39,362 nucleotides of DNA, from the IMG/VR virus record IMGVR_UViG_3300030376_000954, positions 1 through 39,362 of that record; one strand, given 5' to 3'. Below are positions 7,277-14,842 of the stretch, one piece after another. Made by a program: the position numbers and the translations under genes. The notes below the pieces were generated by a model. It did not search any database. It worked only from the letters and a program-made list of their open reading frames with translations, and was not told the DNA's origin. This stretch comes from a virus (Duplodnaviria; Caudoviricetes). The stretch's first letter is position 1. Each line of letters begins with the position of its first letter.

Positions 7277-8023
7277 TCAGCCTTGGCAAACCTCTTCGCT
7301 AGTGGCTTCCATCAATTTCTTCACGGTTCCCGCCATTCGGGTGAGGAGCAACTTCTTCATTGCCATCGATGTAGTGGCATCGGCAATGTGTTCGTCGATT
7401 CCGTCCAATGCGGCGAAAGCAGTCATCTGACGATCTTTCGGAGTTTGCTCAGAATCGGCAACTTGCGAATCATCGATTGTGGCGGCAGTTGCTCGGTCGT
7501 CTTCGACGCCGATGGGAGCCTTGACAGTCTGGGACGTCCCAGATTTTTTGGTTTTGGCCAATTCTTCTCGGAGCCATGAAGCCTGCCCACCAGCGGCAAT
7601 CCAACGATCGACCAACTTTGTCAATTTGACTTGGTTGACATCATGCCAAATCGACTCCAAATCGTCGAAATGATTTTGGTTGGGATTCTGAACGAATTTC
7701 TTGCCAATGATCGTAATGCACAAATGTGAGCATGAGACGGCGAAAGGAGCAACTGCCTTATTGCCCTTCAAGATTGTGAACTCGTGTCCCAGTTTGGCGG
7801 CAATTTCAATAATCAGTCGATGCTTAGCCCAGTTGGACTCATCGTCTTTCATATCGATCTTTTCAAGGGTTTCGGCTTTCACCTTTTGCCATTCGGCTTT
7901 GGCGGTGGCTTCTTTCAATTCGAACCACAGTTGGATTCGGCGGACTGCCCAAACTGTGGAGAGGAGTCCGGTCAGACGTTCTTTGTTGGCGGCATTTTTC
8001 AAGGCGGTGAGAATCTTAGACAT
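7277..8023 (-). CDS. First early gene; helical protein, candidate DNA-binding regulator
   Basis: AAGGAG RBS before ATG 8023; own promoter and terminator; contains or is flanked by 4 palindromes; function inferred only. Confidence 0.8.
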   Translation of the reverse strand: MSKILTALKNAANKERLTGLLSTVWAVRRIQLWFELKEATAKAEWQKVKAETLEKIDMKDDESNWAKHRLIIEIAAKLGHEFTILKGNKAVAPFAVSCSHLCITIIGKKFVQNPNQNHFDDLESIWHDVNQVKLTKLVDRWIAAGGQASWLREELAKTKKSGTSQTVKAPIGVEDDRATAATIDDSQVADSEQTPKDRQMTAFAALDGIDEHIADATTSMAMKKLLLTRMAGTVKKLMEATSEEVCQG

Positions 8024-8060
8024 GGTTTCGCTCCTTGCGAATGGCACTATTGCCTTCAAT

Positions 8061-8089
8061 AGATTACCAAAAGTTCAACCATAGTTCAA
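8061..8089 (-). promoter_or_regulatory. Sigma70-type promoter of the first early gene
   Basis: TTGAAC-17 nt-TAATCT; contains a tandem GGTTGAACT repeat. Confidence 0.65.
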
Positions 8090-8157
8090 CCTATTGTTCG
8101 AACATTTTTCCAGATTCTGGGACGTCCCAGATTCGCACAAAAACGCCCGCCCTCGGG

Positions 8158-8203
8158 CATGTAGCCAACGCTACAAGACAGCAACATGTAGCCAATGCTA
8201 CAA
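8158..8203. repeat. Two 19-bp direct repeats, each containing the inverted repeat TGTAGC-N4-GCTACA
   Basis: CATGTAGCCAACGCTACAA (8158) and CATGTAGCCAATGCTACAA (8185), 27-bp period. Confidence 0.9.
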
Positions 8204-8379
8204 AGAGTCACATTTTGCAAGGGGGGCATGGGGGCAACAGATCAACAAATTGTCTTTTTCTTACCTTCTCAGATTTTTTTACCAAATTTGCCCGAAGTTC
8301 AGCAACATTACTCCTCCACTGCTCCAAACGGTCTTGATTGGAACCTTGTTAAAGCCGTTATGCCACTTAAATTTGTAGT

Positions 8380-8646
8380 TCAGGACAAACACGGGCATCC
8401 ATCTCCATCACAAGTCTCTTCTAGACACCGCATACTGACAATGCAGCCTCTTGGAATGATGTTGATGTTGCCCAGAGTCTCTGGGTCGTTGTGCTTTGAA
8501 CTGGCAATACGGACAACATGGTCATCCTTGTGGTACAGCCAGCCAGCAGTTTGAACAACGACAGGATCAAGTTCATGGGCCTCTTCGACAGGAACCCACG
8601 GACGCTCAACGCCAGTAATGTCGTACCACTCAATAAGAACTAGCAT
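8380..8646 (-). CDS. Conserved hypothetical phage protein (last late gene)
   Basis: LVLIEWYDI...AGWL...IASS...IIPRGCI pattern; TGATG coupling to the upstream gene. Confidence 0.75.
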   Translation of the reverse strand: MLVLIEWYDITGVERPWVPVEEAHELDPVVVQTAGWLYHKDDHVVRIASSKHNDPETLGNINIIPRGCIVSMRCLEETCDGDGCPCLS

Positions 8647-8888
8647 CAGAACCTCGGCATTGGTTTTTCGGAGTCAGTTTGAATGGTCAAAGCGGAACGC
8701 CCACGGGCTGCTTTACTGCTACGAGCGGGCCGTTTCTTTTTGTACCGAACACTTCGGGTAGATTGAACGACATCTGAACTGCCAATAGGAGAACCCACAG
8801 GGCGGAAACCGGTTCTTGGATCCCTTCGAGTTGCGAGAACTGGACGGCTCCGGTCGGCCCCCGGATTGTTTTCTGATGCTGTAGGCAT
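8646..8888 (-). CDS. Small basic protein
   Basis: 80 aa, Arg/Lys-rich, TAATG-coupled to the HNH gene. Confidence 0.65.
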   Translation of the reverse strand: MPTASENNPGADRSRPVLATRRDPRTGFRPVGSPIGSSDVVQSTRSVRYKKKRPARSSKAARGRSALTIQTDSEKPMPRF

Positions 8889-9121
8889 TACTTGTTTCCT
8901 TTTACTCTGTTCGTCCGTTTAGACGTAATTCTTAAATTAGACCGACCATTGGAGCCACCTTTGGACAACGGACGTTTGTGATCGACCTCTCGTGGGTCGC
9001 CTTTTTTCAATCCCAACTTGCGACGGGCCTTGTTTCGGTTATTTCGATTCCGCTTTTGCTCCGGCTTACCGTGGTACTCTTCGTACTCTTTGCGGTAGTT
9101 GCGTGGCTCTTTACGGGGCAT
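8888..9121 (-). CDS. HNH endonuclease, possibly packaging-associated
   Basis: EVDHKRPLSKGGSNGRSNLRITSKRTNRVKG; downstream of TerL; AAGGA RBS. Confidence 0.88.
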   Translation of the reverse strand: MPRKEPRNYRKEYEEYHGKPEQKRNRNNRNKARRKLGLKKGDPREVDHKRPLSKGGSNGRSNLRITSKRTNRVKGNK

Positions 9122-9286
9122 CGTGTGTTCCTTTGCGTCAGGGGATTAACTCATAGACAGGGAGAGGACAAGTAGAAAGTAGGTCTCTAATTCACCTAGA
9201 TCCCTGAGACCCCCCTTACCCCCCATAGGAGTAAGGAGAGTCGGACTAGGTTTTCACCTGAGTCCCTTCGACCCCAGACCATGTGA

Positions 9287-9307
9287 TCCATATAGGTGTC
9301 CCTATTA
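9287..9307 (-). promoter_or_regulatory. Putative phage RNAP promoter (phiOR-like position)
   Basis: TAATAGGGACACCTATATGGA; T7-promoter-like TAATA...CTATA geometry; 18/21 match to the copy at 33460. Confidence 0.7.
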
Positions 9308-10969
9308 CGTCCATGTCAGTGGATTGGGTTTACGACCAACTGCATGATCCATGAAGTTTTCTAGTTGATCACGCAGTTTCTGATCTTTACGGTCTCTCAT
9401 GGACTGTTCCGCGTCCTGAGCCATCTGTTCGGTCCAGTACGACACAGCCATTGCCAGCACATCCAGACGGTCATCGTGGGCGAGAGAGCCTCTGTGCTTG
9501 GTAATCCGGCTCATCTGGTACATCAACTGGTAGCGGAGAGCCTTCTCAGGAGGCATTGAGCGGGTGCTGTCGTAGTCGTGTTGGACCACCTTTCGGTCAA
9601 AAACCAATTTGTGAGCCGACATCACAGGTTCCAGCGTGTCAATAATCCGCTTTTCTTTCTGGGTGGTGTGCTTAACCTCTTCAATTGAGCAGGGGTAAAT
9701 CTTCTTCAGCACAGGCTTAAGCAACTGGGTAAACATGCCGTCGCCGAAGTTGGCTTCGATACGCAACATGTTTACCTTCTCCTTCTTGGCAATCTTGCAC
9801 AGGGCTTCCAGAGTCTCCTCTGAGTACCCGCCCGGCAGACCCCCTGCGTCAGTGACGTACAGGTTGCCGTTCAGCATCTTGACCACGGCATAGGCCGTCT
9901 CATCAGCACCCCGTCCAGAAGGGTCAATAGCCATGACTGAGCCGGTGTAGTCAGCCCATGCTCCGTCGATCACCGTAATGGGGCCGTAGTAGCGATCTCC
10001 GGGCAGCCCCACGTTAGGCAGGTCTTGGATCACATTTTCCTTTGAGGCTCCCCAGACAGGCTTCTCCGGCCCCTGTGAGGAGTTTATGGACATAACAATA
10101 AGATCACCCAACTTCAGCGGGTAGCGGCCCTGATCAGACAGGCTGGAGTCCAGCATGAACTGGAGATTGAATCCGGTGCGTCCGTAGGAGGCTTCCCGCT
10201 CCAGCAGATCCTCGTGGTCAAACCGATCAGGGTCCGTAGGCTTGCCATTAATATCTGGATCAGTATCCAGTTCGGTAATGAGTGCAGGAGCCAGTTTATC
10301 TCCATATCCCTTTCGCTGCATGCTAGATGGATATCTTGCGGGCCAAATACGAACCTCGAAGCCACGCTCAGGCATATAGGTGTAGATACTGGATTCTGTC
10401 TGGGGTGTACCCAGCACCACAATGTGGCCTCCCGGCTTCAAAACCGCATCAAACTCCTTCATCGTCTCCGTCAGTTTGTCCCGCATGGTCTGGGTCGCAC
10501 TATTGTTCAGAGATTCGACATCATCAGCCACAATCAGGTCTGCCCGTGATCCAGTGATCTGACTGGTGATTCCCTTGGACACCACAGAGGGGGCGTGTGA
10601 GGCTTTGGCTGGCCCAACGTCAAATGCCACCTTGGAGTTCCGCTGATCCTCTGTGGGCTTCAGGTGGCCCAGCAAAGGCATCTCATTGATCATGCGGAGA
10701 GTAAAGGTAGAAAAGTCATCTGACCGTTGCTTGGACGCTGACACCACCAAGATGTTGCTGTTTGGGTTCAGCAGCAACTGGTGACATACATAGGCCGAAG
10801 TAATCCACGATTTGCCTACACCCCGAAACGCCTCAATGACTCGACGCTTGGGGCCGTTTTGCAGGTACTCAGCAATGTCATACTGGATGCGAGTAGGGGG
10901 AGGAAGCCCTAAGTGATCCCACGCTAAGTACAAGAAGTTTCGGAAATCGTGCAGTTCGTGCTTCACCAC
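9305..10969 (-). CDS. terL: Terminase large subunit (T7 gp19-like)
   Basis: IEAFRGVGKS Walker A, TGSRADLIVADDVE, IDPSGRGADE, HDDRLDVLA. Confidence 0.97.
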   Translation of the reverse strand: MVKHELHDFRNFLYLAWDHLGLPPPTRIQYDIAEYLQNGPKRRVIEAFRGVGKSWITSAYVCHQLLLNPNSNILVVSASKQRSDDFSTFTLRMINEMPLLGHLKPTEDQRNSKVAFDVGPAKASHAPSVVSKGITSQITGSRADLIVADDVESLNNSATQTMRDKLTETMKEFDAVLKPGGHIVVLGTPQTESSIYTYMPERGFEVRIWPARYPSSMQRKGYGDKLAPALITELDTDPDINGKPTDPDRFDHEDLLEREASYGRTGFNLQFMLDSSLSDQGRYPLKLGDLIVMSINSSQGPEKPVWGASKENVIQDLPNVGLPGDRYYGPITVIDGAWADYTGSVMAIDPSGRGADETAYAVVKMLNGNLYVTDAGGLPGGYSEETLEALCKIAKKEKVNMLRIEANFGDGMFTQLLKPVLKKIYPCSIEEVKHTTQKEKRIIDTLEPVMSAHKLVFDRKVVQHDYDSTRSMPPEKALRYQLMYQMSRITKHRGSLAHDDRLDVLAMAVSYWTEQMAQDAEQSMRDRKDQKLRDQLENFMDHAVGRKPNPLTWT

Positions 10970-11250
10970 TTCACCCTGTTAGCCCAGTAAGCAGCGGACA
11001 TCTTTCCTTTTGCAATGTTACGACGGTGGCGAGCCTTGAAAGACTTACGCTTGGCTTTGGTTTTAGCGGACTCACCCTTTTTAGGTTTGCCCGCAGTTTT
11101 AGCCCCCTGTTCGCCAAAGCGAATAGTCTTGATTCTGTCGCCTTCTTTTGCAACCACAACGTGGGATTTAGTGGGGTGGTTTGGGGTGCGTTTGGGTTTG
11201 TTGTAGCCCGATACACCGGCACGTTTAATACGCAAATCTTTTCGTTTCAT
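10963..11250 (-). CDS. Conserved small basic phage protein
   Basis: GYNKPKRTP...IRFGEQG...SFKARH...SAAYWA family pattern. Confidence 0.8.
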   Translation of the reverse strand: MKRKDLRIKRAGVSGYNKPKRTPNHPTKSHVVVAKEGDRIKTIRFGEQGAKTAGKPKKGESAKTKAKRKSFKARHRRNIAKGKMSAAYWANRVKW

Positions 11251-11528
11251 GGTCCCTGAGCCTGTCCTTGTTCAGCGGGGCCACCACCAAATTGCGGACC
11301 TTGGCCTCCTTGCAATGTGTCTCGTTGAGCGTTTCTGTTTGATGTAAAATCACGGGTTCTGCCGTAATTAGATTGTTGATTCATCAACCCGATCAACAGG
11401 CTGAGTCTGGCTTGTTTCATATAGGCGTCTTCAATAACCGGAAAACCTCTGGCGTTGTCAGGAATTGGCATTGCTGATGCTTCTTCAGATACACGGGCCG
11501 CTGGATACATAAAAGCAGGAGTACACAT
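11247..11528 (-). CDS. Hypothetical protein with Met-Cys N-terminus (possible minor virion protein)
   Basis: Starts MCTPAF after AGGA, directly following the TerS stop. Confidence 0.65.
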   Translation of the reverse strand: MCTPAFMYPAARVSEEASAMPIPDNARGFPVIEDAYMKQARLSLLIGLMNQQSNYGRTRDFTSNRNAQRDTLQGGQGPQFGGGPAEQGQAQGP

Positions 11529-11529
11529 G

Positions 11530-11739
11530 TTAAGATCCTGTCTGTGGTATTTGGAATGGAAGGGATTTAGCCAAGTCAGCCAGTGGTTCACTTTGCTGTG
11601 GAGTGGCATCAATGCCATTATCTTTGAGAAACTGTCGGGCTACGCTCAAATCAGAGGCTCCTGCTTCTCCCGACTCTACTCTACGAAGCAGTTCATTGGC
11701 AAGTGCATCGTGCAGTCTTTTTGCTGTTGTTTCATCCAT
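11530..11739 (-). CDS. terS: Terminase small subunit (T7 gp18-like)
   Basis: LHDALANELLRRVESGEA..SDLSVARQFLKDNGI...LAKSLPF; AAGGA RBS. Confidence 0.88.
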   Translation of the reverse strand: MDETTAKRLHDALANELLRRVESGEAGASDLSVARQFLKDNGIDATPQQSEPLADLAKSLPFQIPQTGS

Positions 11740-11944
11740 TTGAAAATCCTTTAACAAGAAACGATACAAGTGCCCCAATAGCCGCAGCCGCTCCAAGCAT
11801 CCATGATTTACCCTGCTCAAGACTGCGGAGCCTAGATTCGTGCTTATCCAATTCATCATCAATGACCTTTTGACGGGACACAAGAGAATCAACTTTGCCT
11901 TCCAATCGGCCCAAGGCTAACAGTATTTGGTCATCAGTTTCCAT
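11732..11944 (-). CDS. Coiled-coil plus single-TM protein (holin/XhlA-like)
   Basis: LGRLEGKVD...HESRLRSLEQ then WMLGAAAAIGALVSFLV; occupies the T7 gp17.5 position. Confidence 0.65.
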   Translation of the reverse strand: METDDQILLALGRLEGKVDSLVSRQKVIDDELDKHESRLRSLEQGKSWMLGAAAAIGALVSFLVKGFSNG

Positions 11945-12552
11945 TATGTCCCTACAATCCGCAAGAATGTTGCATAGGTGCTGTTAAAGTTTGAGTCGCC
12001 ATCTAGTTCCGAACCAGTATCGTCAGCCTGAATCGTAAACTTGACTTTGTGATTAGTGGTGTTGGTTACGTTGATTAAAGTGGACATTGCCGATACTTCT
12101 TTGGGAACACTGCCGGTAACACCCAAAATACTTACAGCGTGGTTGACAGTGTTTTCAGAGTCAACAAAGCCGTCACTGGTGCTTTTAATCCGAGCAGTAA
12201 TCAGATCAATGTTGGTAGCAGTACGAGCAATCTGACAATGAAGGGTTACCAAGTACAAGCCGTTCATGGGGAAAGTAAAGACACCGGAAGACTCAGACAT
12301 CTGAAAGCCAGCACCTGTAGTTCCCTGAGTAGTAGTGTCTACTCGCTCCCACGTTGAGTTAATGTCAGCCTCAGATGCTGTAATTGCCTGATCCACTGCA
12401 ATGCGGAACTGGTCTGCAACCGGACCAATCAAAGCGGGAGGAATGTCACCGTTGCTATCGAGCGTAACGAATTGACCGTTGTTTGCCCCTGCTTTGAAGG
12501 AGTTACTAACGTTGCCGCCCTCAAGCATGACGTTTGAAATTTTGGTAACCAT
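11944..12552 (-). CDS. Short tail-fibre-associated or receptor-binding protein
   Basis: Beta-rich C1q/collar-like head (SGVFTFPMNGLYLV...STYATFLRI); follows the tail fibre gene. Confidence 0.7.
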   Translation of the reverse strand: MVTKISNVMLEGGNVSNSFKAGANNGQFVTLDSNGDIPPALIGPVADQFRIAVDQAITASEADINSTWERVDTTTQGTTGAGFQMSESSGVFTFPMNGLYLVTLHCQIARTATNIDLITARIKSTSDGFVDSENTVNHAVSILGVTGSVPKEVSAMSTLINVTNTTNHKVKFTIQADDTGSELDGDSNFNSTYATFLRIVGT

Positions 12553-12562
12553 GATGTATTCC

Positions 12563-14842
12563 TTAGTTACTCAGCCGTTGGATAGAAATGAACGCAGTGT
12601 TTAAGGTGGCTGTGCTTTGAGACACATTTACCATAAATCTGTACTTTTTCAATTGAGTGGTTGTAATGATTCGTTTGTAGAGGAGAGTCGCACAACCTTG
12701 ACCATTTGCTGGTGCGATTTCGCTTGCATTTGCAATTAAAGCAAAGCCCCCACTTCCATTTTCTTCTTCTAACCGCAGACTTGCAAATCCGTTATTCAAA
12801 CCCAAACCGCCGCCAGCCTGTATTGTTCCTCCAATTTCAACCAAGTAAGTACCGGGAGTTTGAATTCTTATTTGTCGGTTAGCATCGGCTCGTATGACGC
12901 TAGTTGAAAGATACCCCGATGTGTTCAACTCACTAATTACAACATTTTGATCATTACCAACAGAAAAGTCGCCTTTGACAACATGACCAACAGCAATGTT
13001 TGTGTACTGAGGTGATTCATTGCGAATCTCATCTTGACGCAACACTGAGGTAGCAGCCCTTGTTCGGTTTGCATTGTAAATTTCTACGTCCCCGTCATAC
13101 CGAACAACAAAGTTACCAGTGGTGGGGTTTGATCCTCCTGATCTCATTACCTTGATGGCTGGATCTTGGTTAAATTCACCCATTGTGTTTAAGCCGAGGT
13201 AGCCACGACGATTACCAGCGGCTCTAGTTCCACTTGTCTTCAATCTAAAGTAGAACTCATTAATGTTGTTTCCGCTAATGTCATCGTGGTCGGGGTCTAC
13301 GTTTGTTCGCAGTTCGTAAATGCGTTGACCATTATCTGCACCATCTGTACCGATCATTACGAGGTAGTTCACATCGCCCCCAGAACCAAACGATGCCTGA
13401 TTACCTCCTACAACAAACCGATCCTTATTGTCTCTAGATTTACAGAGAATGTAGGTGCAGGGGTCATTGACCTGTGCGTTGAGGGGCTGAATCCACAGCA
13501 TTGCTGTATTGTCTTCTGCTGTATTAATTGTGTCATCTGTTGGAAAAAGGCCAACCTTTCCGTTCTGGTTTACAGTCACTACTGTTTGGGCAGTCGAACC
13601 ATTATTCCCCTGAATCTCCACCATGTTGCCGCGTTCAGGAGTGTTACTGTCTTTCAGAGCAGTTCGTTGCAACTTGACCATGATGTCGCCATTTGAGCCT
13701 GTTTGGTTACAGTTCAAGGTGTAGTAAGCATTACCCGCAGCATCAGCAGCAGTTTCAGAAGGGTCACCAAAGATATGCACATTTGCTTGCCCGTGGCTTC
13801 CAATTCGGAAAAGGGCGGTTGCACCATCCACCATGTTGCGAACTACTAAAGGAAAATTGGGGCCAGAATGACCGACAATTTCAGTGTACCCATCTTTAAC
13901 GGACAAGATGTTATTGCCACTTGCTTGCTCTACCAAGAAGATGTCTGATGTATGGTCAGTTGCTCCCCGCAGAGTAATTGGAGTTTCAGATGCTGTTGTA
14001 GCCTGACCAATCGTGGGAAAGTCAAAGACCTGTCGAGACAAGCCAAAGTTGTTACACACGACTTGAGACGATGTTGCATTTACCCCACTCAAGACAATAG
14101 TGCCGATTGAAGATCCCACAGTCACGGTGTAGTCGGTGTTTGGGCGTTGGATAACACCATCAATTTCTACAATGAACGTCTGCTCAAACGCCGAAGTAGG
14201 GACAGGCGACATAGAAAAGGTCGTAGTGTTTGCCGAACCGTCATACGTTCCGGTAGTGCTGGTGGTGTCGCCGGGAGTAAACAAGCCGCCTGAAGTACTT
14301 TGGTTATTCCAAGTCTGGGGGACAGAGGGAACATTGCCTGAAGTAGCCAACGCTGCGCTGATAAATCCAAAGGACACCGCATCCGTAGCATCTACAGGGT
14401 CAGCAGCCAGCCCTTCAATACGAAGTCCTTTTGCGTCCCACGCTGACGAAGTAGCGTTCTTTTGCAGTGCATCCGTTACCCCGAGTTCTTTGAGTTCCTG
14501 CTGCGAAAACAGAATCTGCTCAAAAGAAGTGTTCAGGTCACTTGACTTCAACAACGAACCGTCAGAGTACAAACGAGTAGCGTTGTCAATAGCGGTAGTA
14601 CGAAGAATCCGAAGTTTGTCAGCAGTAGTTACCTGATTGAAAAAGGCAGAATCAGTCAGCGTTACTTTGGTAGTAGGAGAAGTAGCCACAGTAAACTGGC
14701 TTGTAGTTGCCACCACAACAGTTCCGTCTGCTTTAATCAGGCTAACCCCGACATCAGACGTCGTGACAAAGTTCAACGACAGGTTGTCGTAAACAGTCTG
14801 ACCGTTACTAGACGGTTGAATTTCAACAAATGAAAGTGCCAT
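12563..14842 (-). CDS. Tail fibre protein (T7 gp17-like N-terminal adaptor)
   Basis: LRILRTT...YSDGSLLKSSDLN...QILFSQQE adaptor, WDAKGLRI..LAADP..ATDAV; Gly/Asn/Thr-rich body. Confidence 0.88.
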   Translation of the reverse strand: MALSFVEIQPSSNGQTVYDNLSLNFVTTSDVGVSLIKADGTVVVATTSQFTVATSPTTKVTLTDSAFFNQVTTADKLRILRTTAIDNATRLYSDGSLLKSSDLNTSFEQILFSQQELKELGVTDALQKNATSSAWDAKGLRIEGLAADPVDATDAVSFGFISAALATSGNVPSVPQTWNNQSTSGGLFTPGDTTSTTGTYDGSANTTTFSMSPVPTSAFEQTFIVEIDGVIQRPNTDYTVTVGSSIGTIVLSGVNATSSQVVCNNFGLSRQVFDFPTIGQATTASETPITLRGATDHTSDIFLVEQASGNNILSVKDGYTEIVGHSGPNFPLVVRNMVDGATALFRIGSHGQANVHIFGDPSETAADAAGNAYYTLNCNQTGSNGDIMVKLQRTALKDSNTPERGNMVEIQGNNGSTAQTVVTVNQNGKVGLFPTDDTINTAEDNTAMLWIQPLNAQVNDPCTYILCKSRDNKDRFVVGGNQASFGSGGDVNYLVMIGTDGADNGQRIYELRTNVDPDHDDISGNNINEFYFRLKTSGTRAAGNRRGYLGLNTMGEFNQDPAIKVMRSGGSNPTTGNFVVRYDGDVEIYNANRTRAATSVLRQDEIRNESPQYTNIAVGHVVKGDFSVGNDQNVVISELNTSGYLSTSVIRADANRQIRIQTPGTYLVEIGGTIQAGGGLGLNNGFASLRLEEENGSGGFALIANASEIAPANGQGCATLLYKRIITTTQLKKYRFMVNVSQSTATLNTAFISIQRLSN

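Larger units (their letters stand above)
3121..8131. repeat. Dispersed 16-bp palindrome TCTGGGACGTCCCAGA, 10 copies
   Basis: Perfect copies start at 3197, 4349, 5320, 6201, 6896, 7257, 7528 and 8116; near-perfect at 3121 (15/16) and 7121 (14/16); none seen outside 3.1-8.2 kb. Confidence 0.97.

Noticed and set aside
3121-8131. CRISPR array or integron attC interpretation of the palindromic repeats
   Set aside because: Repeats are only 16 bp, irregularly spaced (76-1150 bp), four lie inside genes, and no cas or integrase gene is recognisable
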